Assembly (NCBI GenBank): GCA_977018835.1
Contig: OZ361257.1
Span: 4,526,001-4,590,000, forward strand
Reading direction: 5' to 3'
Origin: Minutocellus sp. GHC0000111
Lineage: Eukaryota
DNA length: 64,000 nucleotides
In this document: positions 13,084 to 25,226 of the stretch, in pieces
Position numbering within the stretch: the stretch's first letter is position 1
How the letters are laid out: the number at the start of each line of letters is the position of its first letter
The notes under the pieces: generated by a model
Seen by the model: the letters and a program-made list of their open reading frames with translations, nothing else
Told to the model about the DNA's origin: nothing
Databases searched by the model: none
Made by a program: the position numbers and the translations under genes

Positions 13084-15258
13084 CTATCTCTGCATGTCAA
13101 CGACATGCCAAATGGTCTTGGTCTCCGTAACCGTCACCTCGACCGCCTCGACTTCAACAGACTCGAGTGGAACCACATCGTCCGGCCAAGCACCGGCCTC
13201 CACGGCCTTGGCATGAGCATCGGCAGCTTCGTTAAGGCTGTAGCTGCGGCTGCTCATGGCCGATGTAGATCTGTTAAAGGATCTGCCTCGACCAGCACCA
13301 CCACCACCAACATCAATGCAGGATTCCTCGTCAAAGGTGCTGGAACTGGCATATCCCGGAAAAAGGTTGTCTGTACCATCGTCGCTGTCGCCGCTGCTGA
13401 TGGACACTCGGGTCTCGTCGAGCTTGGTACTGTGGCCACCGGCCTTCTCGAAGTCGTCTTCATAAATTTTGGCATTGGCTTGTTGCGCCTTGGCCTTGGA
13501 GGTGGTGGCGTAAATGTAGACGGCGGCGATGAGTGCGAGAATTGCCACGGCCGAAGCTGCGATGAGACCAATCTCGATTCCATTCAGGCTAGAAGTTTGG
13601 CCTGGGGCGTTGCCCTCGTACGTCGTTTCCTTGATGAAAGCGGATATGTCGGGACCCACCCCTCCTTCTTCCTCGGTGTCTTGAGATTCACTCCTGCTCT
13701 CCCAAAGAGCCCCCTGCTCTTGGACAAGGGTATCGGCAGACTCATCGTTTGGCGGAGTCGTATCAACGGCTTCATCGTCTTCGGGCAGTGAGTTGGCCTT
13801 GGACACCTCCTCGCTGGGTGGGGACGATGGGATGAGGACTGTCGATGCCTCCACCTCCTCATCCTCTTGCTCCTCTTCATTCTCTACCTCATCCACCTTA
13901 ACTTCAATGGGCACGGGAACTTCCTCGGTGTTGATCTCCTCATCCATGTCGATGGGGACAGGAACCTCCTCGGTATTGACGATGGGTCCCTCCACATCAT
14001 TGATGGGGACGGGCAGCTCCTCCTTCTCGTCGTCGATTGCTTCCTTGCTCACCTCCTCGATGGGAACGGAAATGACCGGGGGAGAATCAGCGGCGTCGTT
14101 GCTACCCTCATCGGCATCGGTGGAATCCACCTCCACCACCTCAGTCTCCTCGTCGCTGGGCTCGGACCAGTCATAGTCGTCGGCCTTGGTCGCCTTCCAC
14201 TCCTCCCACGTCATGATAGCCTCCATACTCTCCTTGCCATCGTTGACGGCCAGGTACTGGTCGGCAAAGGCCCCCTCTTCGGGTCGGATGCCCAAAAAGT
14301 CCGCCGCCAGCACACCGGCATACGTATTTCGGATAACCCTCTGGCCCCGTCCCTTGCCGTCACCGGGGTTGGCCAAACCCGACCCATTGTCTCTGTTGAT
14401 GGCATACAAATTGGCATGCGGCTGCACCCCCGGTCCCCACGCACAAAACGGGATGTGGTACACGTCGGGATCGTCCTGGTCGGCGTGGTTGCCGTGGTTG
14501 CTAAACCCATGGTCGGCCGTCAAAATGATCGCCGTGTCGTCCCGCAGGACCTCATTCGAGGCAATCATGTCGAGCACCTCGCCCAATCTGTAGCTCGCCA
14601 GGGCCACTCCCTGGGCATACTCGGCGCTGGCGGCACCGTCGTAGCGATGTCCGTTCAAGTCCGGGTCGACGATGTGCAGGTACGAGTAGGCGAATTGCTT
14701 GTTGGTCATCTCGTTGACAAATCGTCGAATGACGGCTTTGCTCTTCTTGTTTTCAAAGTAGGACGATACGGGGAAGGATCGATCGAAGAGCTGGAATTTG
14801 GCCTTGGAGGTGAAGATGGCCGTCCGGCCGTTGGTGAGGCCGGAGGCACGGGAGGAGTCGACCAGATCGAAGATGGACGTGAAGGGTTGGTGGTCGTTGG
14901 GGTCGGTGGTGTCCACCAGTGTAGAATTGCCCCCGTGATCCTTGTCTTCGGCGTATCCGTGGTTGGCAATGTTTAGACCGGTAAACATCGAGATGTGATT
15001 GGGGAGGGTTTGGGACGACAAATCGTCGTGCCGCGCGTTGAGGGTGCAGGCGCCGCTTTGGAGGAGGTAGTCAAAGGCTGGATGGCCGGAGGTGAGGTAG
15101 TCGGCGCGGAGACCATCGGCTACGATGTGAATGACGTGCGATACCCTGCGGGGGACGGTGGCCTGGACCAGTGCCGTCTGGGAGGACAGGGCTAGCAGAA
15201 GGAAGAGGGTCGCCGTCGTGGCAGTGGTACCGCGAGCAAATAAAAGTGGCGATGCCAT
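13084..15258 (-). CDS. type I membrane protein with alkaline-phosphatase-superfamily (phosphodiesterase/NPP-like) ectodomain and acidic stalk
   Basis: Signal peptide and metal/nucleophile motifs HIVADGLRAD, SQTLPNHISMFTG, HIVDPDLNGH and ILTADHG. Glu/Asp-rich linker, then TM IGLIAASAVAILALIAAVYIYA. Confidence 0.85.
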   Translation of the reverse strand: MASPLLFARGTTATTATLFLLLALSSQTALVQATVPRRVSHVIHIVADGLRADYLTSGHPAFDYLLQSGACTLNARHDDLSSQTLPNHISMFTGLNIANHGYAEDKDHGGNSTLVDTTDPNDHQPFTSIFDLVDSSRASGLTNGRTAIFTSKAKFQLFDRSFPVSSYFENKKSKAVIRRFVNEMTNKQFAYSYLHIVDPDLNGHRYDGAASAEYAQGVALASYRLGEVLDMIASNEVLRDDTAIILTADHGFSNHGNHADQDDPDVYHIPFCAWGPGVQPHANLYAINRDNGSGLANPGDGKGRGQRVIRNTYAGVLAADFLGIRPEEGAFADQYLAVNDGKESMEAIMTWEEWKATKADDYDWSEPSDEETEVVEVDSTDADEGSNDAADSPPVISVPIEEVSKEAIDDEKEELPVPINDVEGPIVNTEEVPVPIDMDEEINTEEVPVPIEVKVDEVENEEEQEDEEVEASTVLIPSSPPSEEVSKANSLPEDDEAVDTTPPNDESADTLVQEQGALWESRSESQDTEEEGGVGPDISAFIKETTYEGNAPGQTSSLNGIEIGLIAASAVAILALIAAVYIYATTSKAKAQQANAKIYEDDFEKAGGHSTKLDETRVSISSGDSDDGTDNLFPGYASSSTFDEESCIDVGGGGAGRGRSFNRSTSAMSSRSYSLNEAADAHAKAVEAGAWPDDVVPLESVEVEAVEVTVTETKTIWHVVDMQR

Positions 15259-15805
15259 GTTTTCCTTCGTCTTGTGATTGTCTTGTGCTTTCTTTTCTTT
15301 GGGCGGCGATCACTTGCGTCTCGTTCTGTCGACAATGGAATGCGAGTGGTACGAGATGTGTTCACGTTGGAGAGAGTTGGAAAGAAGTGGCGAGTGGACC
15401 GAGCCAGCACCGTGCGTTTGTGCTGCGTTGGCGAGCGACGGAAATTTGAGTTCGGTGGTACAAGAGCGACAGAATCCGATGATCATCGGCATCGCCGGCA
15501 TGTGAGTCGCAGTCTCATCCTTGAGAATGAGGTCGGTCCAGTCTTTCGGGACCACAGAGAGGAGCGGCCGGCGCGCGGTTTGGGTCATGCAAATGGGGGT
15601 CGAGTGAGTCCATTCCAGCTCATAATTTTGGAGGCGGGCACTAAATGATGATTTGTGCCACTAGAAATCGAACGTCAGTCGCTGGACGCGAGACAAGGCG
15701 AGACGCGACGGAGGAAAGGAAGAAGGAAGACGAAAACAAAGTTGCATGCTGTCGATCTCTTGGGTGTTGCTATCCACTGCAGCATAATTGCAGGCAATCG
15801 TCACC

Positions 15806-17530
15806 ATGAAATTCACTCTCAACATTCTCTGCGCCGCGCTTTTATCAGCGCCATTGGCTTCGGCGTTCGCGCCGTCGGCACATGTTGTGCCCAGACCATC
15901 AGCATCATCCACTCGTCTCCACTCTTCAACATCCTCCTCCGCCGTAAACAACGTGGTCCTCTCCCCCTCGGAAGATCCCGCCGCGTTCGATTCCTACGCC
16001 ATCGGCACCCCCCGCGTCCACCGCTACCTGCGCGATGCCAACGATTCCGACGAGCCCGAGTACGTCATGTGGTACCACGGCCGGTGCCAGGATCTCAACC
16101 ATCCCGATCAAAATTTGCCCCCGCTGAGCACCGGCAGAATTGGTCGGGCGACTTCTCGGAACGGGCTGGTCTGGACCAAGTGCGAGATTGGCTCCGGGAG
16201 CGAAGCCAACAGCCCGCCGGGTGTGTCGTTGGGACTGAACGACGAAAGTTGGTGGAACTTCGATACGAGCCATGTAGGCCTTGGTCAGGTCATGCTCCCC
16301 ATGTCGACGCCGGCGGTGCTGGCCGAGGGCGGTGTGTATCTGATGTACTACATGGGCGGCACGCACGAGGAGACGGCCGTCAGCTCGTATTTGGAGGACC
16401 CCAGCGTCGTGCCCGACGATGCCACCATCAAGGGGATGAATTTGAGAGTCGGTGTGGCCATGAGTCAGGGTGAGTTAGTTGCATTTGCGCTTTTCGGATA
16501 GCAATGCATGTGACTTCCCATTTTTTTTTTGCATTCCCTCTTCAGATGATGCGGTCTTTACATGGCCGACCATATGTGTTAAACTCGGATATCGCGTCTG
16601 ACGACAACCTTTATTGTTTTGCTGATGGAGAAGGAAGGAAATGCAGGAAGATGGGATATTTCTTCCCTCGTACTTTTGGTGATGACTCTTTCTTACCATT
16701 CTAAGCATTTGCTTTCACCTTTGATTTCATTTCCAACAGACGGACTTACCTGGGGTCGGGTGGAGGGTGACGATCCGACAGGCGCCATCATGGCCCCGTA
16801 CGACAAATCCGACCCCAACCAGCGCTGGATGAGTGCCGAAGCCGGATACAGAGACGATGACAACTCCCTGCTGTATCTGGAAGAGGAGCTGTACGTGGGT
16901 TGGCCGGAGGTTGTGGTTCATCACATTGGGGACGATGCCTCCAACGTTTTGAGTGTGAACAGCTTCGCCAATACTGCAAAGGGGGCCAGCGATAAGAAGC
17001 CGCCGGCCTTTTACATGTACTACAGCACCATGCTCAAGGACTGCAAGACCAAGGCGATTGGTTGTGCCGTGTCTGAGGATGGCTTTCGGTGGTTCAAGAG
17101 GGGAACGTGCCTGCGACCCGACGAGGAGGGGATGGATGCCGGTGGATGTGCGCGATGCACGGTCATTCGGAATGCCAATTTCAACGACGAGAAGAGCATA
17201 TGGGAGAACGCACCGGGGTGGACCATGTACTATGAGGGTGTCAATCCGGAAGATGGCAAGCATCGGGTAATGGCAGCCGAGAGTGCTGACGGACGGAATT
17301 TGGAAAAGCTGGGTGTAGTACTGGACGTGGGCAACGAAGAAGAGGGCGGCTGGGACTTCAATGGCGTCGGCTCACCGCACATGCTTCGCCTGGACGATGG
17401 ATCGGTACGCATGTACTACACAGGTCAGGGTACAAACGGCCATACTTCCATCGGTATCGCCAAGGCGGACGGTGCCGAGGGTGCCAAGGCCAAGTTCACC
17501 AGAGAGCAGGCATCATTTTCATTTGCATAG
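15806..17530 (+). CDS. plastid-targeted five-bladed beta-propeller glycoside-hydrolase-like protein (GH43/32/68 fold); intron 16470-16739
   Basis: MKF..LASAFAP presequence. Repeated blade motifs YVMWYHG..IGRATSRNGLVW, YLMYYMG..VGVAMSQ|DGLTW, FYMYYST..IGCAVSEDGFRW and VRMYYTG. Confidence 0.8.
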
Positions 17531-18536
17531 AGACAACGCATTAAAACAATATATCTACATAAATAGGATTTTTTTTTCCAAGCATCACTGCAAGAGATGC
17601 TGGAGTCTATCCAATCTTTTTGCGATGCCTATTATTGCACGTTGTCAAGCAGGAGGGTTGGTTGCTGCATTGAAAATATTGGCAAGTCTGAACCCGGCGA
17701 GGAGCCCATCTGATCTCCCTGGTCGCTGTTCGGCATGCTGAGAAGGACAAGGATGGCAACTATAAGCAGAAGGATTCCAGCCAAGTCATCGTCCTAGGAC
17801 TGCAGCACGCGGGCTTCGACTTTGATGAAACCAACGACAAGGGGGAGTTGGCCAATAGCGTGCTTTCGTCGCAGATGAAGAGTGCAGTGCGTGAAAGAGA
17901 ACAGGAGGAGTTTGATATGTGGACGGAAGGGGAGCGGACGCCCTCAGCATTTGACCCGAGCTATGTGTTTGAACCACCTGCAAATCATTGTGGATGTAAC
18001 TGGTCGAACGATTGCTGCGACAGATGCCGCCAGTCTAGCTATATGGACGATCCTGGAGAGTTCTTGGGTGATTATTGATGGATTTGTCAAGGGCTCGGTA
18101 GATTGGTGTTACATCCAGCAGTCTTGATACTTGCGTTGTTTTCGCGGGGTTGCGTGAACAGTGAACCATAGGAATCCCTCTTCGTGTAGGAGTCCATCGA
18201 TCAAAAATTCCAGTGAATGACAGTATAGATATACCAAGTTGGTTTCACATCAAATAGATGCATTTATATTAGTCTATAGAGTATGCGTTTGTGTGAGGTA
18301 TTGTGAGTGTGCTTGTGTTGTGTAGGTGAACGACATGTCGGCGGTGATGTTAAGGCATCACGGCCTTGCTTCCCCCATTATTCGTCATTCGAGTTGAATC
18401 CAATCCATTGCCAGGTGTTCGATGATTCTTTCAATCGCACCATATCATCCATTGCCCGTTTCATTCTTCAAAAATGCATTAGCCGAAGTAGTAGCTTAGA
18501 CAGTATATCCCAAATACATTTCATTCCAAAACGAAT

Positions 18537-20407
18537 TTAGATGCGCTTCTGGGACTCGACGGGGTTGGAGAACTCGGCGTCGGGCTTGGCGACAGAGTAT
18601 CCCTTGACGAGGCAGCCGATGGTCTCGCCGAGAAGCTTGAGGTCATCGAGGGGGTTGTTGCCCTGAACCCTCTTGTAGAGGTAGGAGTCGAAGGTGACCT
18701 GCTGGACGTACTTGGAGTTGCAAAGCTCAACGAAGGCCTCGCGGGCACCGTTGTTGGTGTAGAAGACCTTCTGGAGGAGGTCGAGGACGGTGTAGGTGGG
18801 GCCGTAGAGGGCGTCGTACTCCTTGAGGTAGGTCTTCTCGATCTCGGCCTGGGTGGGGAGGTGGGTGCCGCCCTTCATGAGCTGGACGATGGACTCTGCG
18901 GCCATGCGGCCGGACTTGGCGGCGAAGTAGATGCCCTCACCGGAGCACTTGGTGACGTAACCGGCGGCGTCGCCGACGAGGGCGATGCGGCCCTGGACAC
19001 GGCGGGGACGGTAGTGCTCGGGGATGGGGTGGGCCTCGACCTTGATGATCTTGCCACCGGCAATCTTCTCACCGGCACGGTCGCGGATGGCCTTCTGGTA
19101 CTGCTTGATGGCGGGACGGTTGACGACGGTGCCGGTGCCGACACCGACGTGGTCGTACTTGGGGAAGACCCAGCCGTAGAAGTCGGGGGAGACGTCGTCA
19201 CCGACGTACATCTCGGCCATCTCCTCGTAGAACTTCATCTTGTCGTCGGAGATCTTGATGCGCTCCTGGAAGGCGATGGCGAAGTTGTAAAGGCCGGCGT
19301 CCATGCACTTGGCGACGCGGGAGTTGGCACCGTCGGCACCGACGATGACGTCGACGTCCATGGTCTTGGCCTCGCCGGCGGCGGAGCCCTCGGTGAACTC
19401 GAGGTAGTTGATGGTGTAGGGCTCCTCGGTGGTCTTGTGGTTGGCGGGGATGTCGATGGAGGTGACGAGGCCGTTGATGGGCTCGGCTCCGTACTCGATG
19501 GCGCGGTCGCGGAGGTACTTGTCCATGATCTCACGGCGGCACATGCCGATGTACTCGTTGGGCTTGAGGGTGTCACCGATGTCGACCTCGACGCCGGAGG
19601 GGGAGATGAGGTTCATCTTGCGGACCTTGCGGTCGACGACGGTCTCGGGGATGTCGAACTCGCCGACCATGCAAAGGGGGATGGCACCGCCGCAGGGCTT
19701 GGCGTTGTCCATCTTGCGCTCGAACATGACGGTGTCGATGTTCTTCTCCTGGGCGAAGATCTCGGCGGCGCAGGCACCGGAGGGTCCGCCACCAACGACG
19801 GCAACCTTGTACTGTAGTGTCCAAAGATCAGAGTAACAAGATATGGAATTGCATTCGATGGAATTCATTCAATCAATTGAAGTTGACGAAATGTGCAGAA
19901 AGATGGAGGATGATGAAAAATGCATGTGAGTTGCATGTGTTGCAAATTGAAAAGCAGGTGATGTACTTTGTCCCTGAAAATATACTGCGCCAGTATGCGT
20001 CTCAGGCCGACAAAGCAACGAAGACATGGAAACTGCATCCAAATTCAATCTGCCGAATGCCGATGGGCAATTGCAGAAAAAGACATTGCATGGTTTCGCC
20101 GATTTCCAAAAAGGTGGCACAGGATGTGCCACCTTTTCTGCCCAAGCATGAGACATGATTCCAAACACTCCAAGTGAATGGCCCTTCTTTGGAGAAGGCC
20201 AGCTACTTCGAACGTTTGGTCGTAATCATGCTTCCTTGCTTGGATGGTTGAACTACCGGCGGTAATGCAACATTCGTTGGCTTGTTCGAAAAGGAAACGC
20301 ACCTTCATGTCGAGAGCGCTGGAGCTCTTGGGGACGGCGTTGAGGGCCGAGTGGAGCTGGAAGGCGGCGGCGGAGCCGAGGACGAGACTGGCAATGGCGA
20401 GCTTCAT
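18537..20407 (-). CDS. chlP: geranylgeranyl diphosphate reductase, plastid-targeted; intron 20302-19812
   Basis: MKLAIASLVLGSAAAF presequence. Motifs VAVVGGGPSGA, NAKPCGGAIP, GDDVSPDFYGWVFPK and GDAAGYVTKCSGEGIYFAAKSGR. Strong C3 codon bias typical of high expression. Confidence 0.97.
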
Positions 20408-21039
20408 TTTGATTTGTATTATTTGGTAGTGGGGTTGGATACGACGTTGGATTGGTCGGACGAAAAGTGAGGAAGCGATGGGCGGCGATGGGTGGGGGAG
20501 GCAGAGGAGCCCGGCCGGATCGCATTGAACATGCGTCAGGTTTGGTGGCCGATACGATTCCAACGTAGAATTCTACCTACCCGAACAACAGATCCGAAAA
20601 ATGATAACCCGGAGAGTGTCTGTCTTTCTTGTGCTGCTTCACTTTTCCGCCCCAACTTCAACTTGACTCGACTTGCTCGACCGAGCTAACATTTAGAGGA
20701 CTCCCCCTTTCGACCAAATCCCCCTCCCCCCGCCCGGCCGAGCTTACCGCAGTGGACAATTTGCCCTCCCATCGACCAACATGCCCCTCGGAATGGCACC
20801 AAACAACATATCTCCCCGGGTTCTTCCGCACAACAAGCCGTCCATGGTCCCAAGGGAGCGTGGCGTCACGCCGATAAACACCAACTTCTAAAGATGGGCA
20901 CATGCGCGCACAAAAACCGTCGCGGTGGGCGCCAGAAATGGTCAAGTCCGAAACGTCGTCAAAAATGAGGTATTTCGCTGTTATCTCGTCAGATACACCT
21001 TCCTGCCATAGAAAACTCGAGTTCATTCCATTTGTATGA

Positions 21040-22000
21040 CCCATGGGTGCTTTGATTTCTAGGAACCAACACTCGATTTGCAAGGAGTGTCGGGAAAACA
21101 CACGTTGTTCACCAAATAAAAATTGCCGAAATCCGACATATGCCGCAAAAAGTGGTATTTGGCGTTTATCTCGAAAGTCACAGCTTCCAGCCCCGGAAAA
21201 CTGCTGTTTGTTCGATCCGTTTGGTCTATGAGTGGGTTGTGACGCAAGAATTAACACTGAATTCGCAAGGAGTGTCGAGAACTCGTCCATTTCATTCCTG
21301 AAACCCAACAAATTTCCCGCCAAAACAGTTTTTGGAGGTTATTTTATCAAATGAAGCTTCCAGACCCTAACTCGACCATATGAATCATTTTGTTTGGATC
21401 ATAGGTGGAGTTTGATGCAGTGGTTTGAAGGAGTTTCATCGTGCGTGTCGAGAACTCGATCACGACAACCCCAAATTATCGTCGGAAAGCGAAAAAAATA
21501 CGGCATGTGCGGTATATTTCATGTTTTAGGCATCGATGCCAAGATATCATCACATCAATCGTTGAGCTTGGTTCATGGGTGAAGGTTCGTGCGGTTGTTT
21601 GAAGGCAATTCGCCGACTGTGGCGAAAATGAGAATGCAGTAGGTCCGGAAATGAGTTGGGATGCCTTCGGTGCCAGGTTTTGGAGGTATTTTTTGCCAAA
21701 TAGTTTTCCAGGCCGGAATTTTCCTATTCAGAGTATTACTATATAGGAGGTGCTGATGATGCGGTACTTTGTGGGTATTTGGTCAGTGGGATGGGAGGTT
21801 TTCGACCATAATGCCCAAAATCGGCGCAGATTGAGATTTGGGGTTCTCGGCGAGGTGGTGCTGCCAATATCTATACAACTACGTAGCTAGCTAGCTAGAG
21901 TCACCATATCAATCGTTGAGTCTGGTCGATGGGTGGATATTGGTGCGGCGGTTCGAAGATGATTCGTCGATAACGGCGGGAATGCTACCTAGGTACTCTA
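21040..22000. repeat. highly degenerate tandem repeat, ~175-bp unit (clearer ~350-bp dimer)
   Basis: GCAAGGAGTGTCG at 21080 and 21265; GTGTCGAGAACTCG at 21272 and 21445; TTTTGGAGGT at ~21330 and 21678; ATCAATCGTTGAG at 21554 and 21908. Confidence 0.55.
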
Positions 22001-23316
22001 GCTAGGAGCTACGTAGCTCGAGGTCCAGAAATGACGAGTGGGTTGGCTATGCTCTCACAGCTGAGCGTGCAGGCTACCCCTGAGCCGTGACCAACCCCAA
22101 CTACTGCGTGAGAAATACCCCAAATGACTCTACTTGGTATCAAGAAGCAATAAGTAACCATGTGGCGCGCCTTTGGTGGCACCGAGCGATGCCAGCTCAA
22201 TTATGGCCTTTCGGATCGATGATGTTATTTGTTGGGCGATGTGGGTACAGCAGTGAAATGCTTCATGAAGATTGATGGTATGAGGCAGGATCGTCGCTTC
22301 TTGATCGTATGGGATGTGCAATATAAAAACGTATCACAGAGTTGCTGCGATCGGTGGTGATTTGTCCACAATGTGGGGGTCGACGACCCTAGCCAGCTCT
22401 AGTAGCTAGCTACGTAGCGACAGTATCGAATTCACGGAATATGTGACGCTCCTACTTTGTGACGAAGATTCACAAGCAATATAGTTTGAGCAAAACAAAA
22501 GCCAGTGATCAGTGCAACATATTGATTGATAGATTGGATCATGCCCTTAGTGTTGTTTTGACAAGCAGCAGGACCAAATCGAACTGAAATTCTGCTCTGT
22601 TTCGTTTCTCGACTGTTCTCATGAGATTTTTTGGTCGATTCGAGAATAGTTGGATACCAATGGTCGACCACAGGTCGTGGCATATCATAGTATAAGGCGG
22701 TTTATCGATGAAAAGTTTCGTCATTTTGCTGCAAGTCTTCGTGATTTGACGAGGATTCTTCGTGGATGTCGATGACAAATTCTGGCCCAATACCACAACG
22801 AGAAATTTCAATTCGCATAGCTGAAAAGGGTATCAAAAGACGTGACCGGAACTTGCGAAAAGCAGCCAGGCTGGACTCCTCTGGCACATGTAGTCTAATA
22901 GAGTGCATTGTATTGTATTGGCAATAACATGATTTTTAAATTTAATTTATTCCATCTGCTAATTGACAAGGTACGTTGGCTTATCGAAGCAAGTGCCCAT
23001 CGCTAGAAACCAAATGTTATCGTGGCTATGAATCCGATTGGACACAAGTCGCGACTCGTCTTTAACGGCGACAGTCGCTCGACATACTCGTAACTATGAT
23101 CAAGAACAGAAAACAGTATCGGGGGAAGACATATATGTTACAGAACCGGGGGTGGTATTTGGAGGTGGCTAATCTCACATGTAACGGGAAGAAAGAAAGA
23201 TCGGATCAAAAGGAAGGCGCCGGATTTCGTTATCGAGTGCTCACCAAAGTAGGTCCTGGAGTACCACGCGGCTTTTCGTTATCGAATGACGAAGAAAAAC
23301 TGTTTGAGGGAATCGA

Positions 23317-24205
23317 CTAACCAGTACACCAGCGGATACCCCCTTCGCTACCTCCATTGCATCCGGCTCCATCCTTGCAGCAAAGGGCATCGTTGGTGGC
23401 CTGAACATTAGAAATGGCGCATCCGACCTGATCGTTGAAAGCTTTCGCGGCGGCCTTTCCGTTGGTTAGCTGGCAACCCATAGGGGGATCTGTGCCGAGG
23501 TCGGGGCAGCGGCCGCTGAGGCACTCAGTGTTGCCACCATCGCATTCAAATTCGGAGTCCTTGGTATCGCAGCAGAGCTCGCCGGGGCCACCACAACTCT
23601 CACAAACAAAGGGCTTGGGAGACTTGTTACAAACTAGAGGGGCATTTGCTCCGCCTTGGTTGCATCGATTTCCGGGGCAGCATATTTTCCCATTTCCTCC
23701 ACATGCCTTGCACGTGTCGGTGATGGTGTTGCACCCATTACCATCGCTACATTCGTCGCCAGGGCAGCACTTCTGGCCCGTGCCTCCACAGTTCTCGCAT
23801 TCGTTAGACGCATCATTACAAAAGAGGAGCTGCGTGGAGGGGTCGTTGGGAGGGCAGAGAGACCCAGAGCAGCAGACGTTGCCAGCCACTCCACCACATA
23901 AAGCACACTTTCCAGTGGCTGTATTGCAAGCGAGGGTACCGTCGGCGCATACGTCCCCTGGGCAGCACTGCTGCCCATCTTCTCCACAAACCTCGCACTG
24001 TTTGGCATCGGAGTTACAGAAGAGGATCTGATCGGGGGGTTGAGCCAGGGCACTTCTCTCCAGCGCAGCAAGCCTGGTTGAGGCCGCCGCAGTCCTCGCA
24101 GCGACCGGTAACCGTATTGCAAACGTGATCGCTGCTGGAGCAGACGTCTCCTGGGCAGCAGAGCTGATCGAGGTCGCCACAAAACTCACATTTCTTTGGA
24201 GTCAA
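23317..24205 (-). CDS. Cys-rich tandem-repeat extracellular protein; 5' end unresolved, frameshift at ~24035
   Basis: About 7 repeats of C-x2-CG-x4-5-CC-x-G-x2-C...CN, continuing across two frames that join at a G5 run. Confidence 0.7.
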
Positions 24206-25226
24206 TGTTGAACAACATATGATTTGTCGATATTCTCGAATAGGTTTTGATTGGTTGCTTTCGGAAAGTAAGGAAAGTATGTGTCAGATTGTTCATTTAC
24301 TATGAATTGGACTGGAGCGAGCAACTCGAGCTCCGCCCGCCTGTACATGTATGTAGGGACGAAGCGACACGCACCACCAAGCAAACAAAAATAAATGCAC
24401 CATGTCGTGCTGTAGTTTGAGATGCCCTCCTATGGTACATGTAAGCAAATGCATAAATCTAACGCAAACAAATGACAGCACATACCTAGGTATGTGTAAG
24501 AGTAAACGGCACCAGCACCACTGCCTACATGTACACATGTACATGTAGCAGACTACACAAGGATGCTGAGCCAGACTGCATGCATCTTCTTCCTATGCCC
24601 GTACATGTTTTGTCCATCTATGTAATGGCACAGGACAGAGTAAAATGTAACGAAAGTAAAACTGCATCTCTCCACAAATAAATAAATAATTAAATAAGTC
24701 CATTGTCGTGTGTACTCTAGAGACTAATTTGTATGTTTGCTCTGACTGCATGTAGTCCTCAACAGGCAACTGCATCCGCCGAAGAAGACACAGAAGTGCC
24801 CGCACCAAGAAGAACTTCCAGGAGCCAGTCAGCCAGAGACTTAATCTGGCAGCTACCTTCGAAGTCTTCGTACCGGTGAATGATCCCAACGCTTGGAGAG
24901 ACCGTGACCTCGAGTAGATCTACACGTGTACTGACCTCACCTCAACTTCACTCAATCTTATCCTACAATGTTTACAATTTCGATTTTTAGTCTATGTTAT
25001 TGATATTCGTTCTTACTGATGCAAATGAGGCTACCCATTCAGTCGAACTTGGTTCTAACTTTTCATTATGATTGATAGATTTAAGCTATATTTAGCGGGA
25101 TGACACCACCACCAAAATAAATGTAGATCTATGCATGGCTACACTTGGTACCTACATGTAGAGGTACCAGGTACCGGTACATAAAAAAGAGCACGCACAT
25201 GCTCTTCCATGCTCCACTGTAACATT

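Noticed and set aside
13867..14976. 369-aa plus-strand ORF
   Set aside because: Antisense to the phosphatase-superfamily gene.
17590..18080. Cys-containing short ORFs between the GH-like gene and chlP
   Set aside because: Fragmented with no start context or recognisable domain; at most a gene remnant.
18861..19817. 318-aa plus-strand ORF
   Set aside because: Antisense shadow of the strongly codon-biased chlP.
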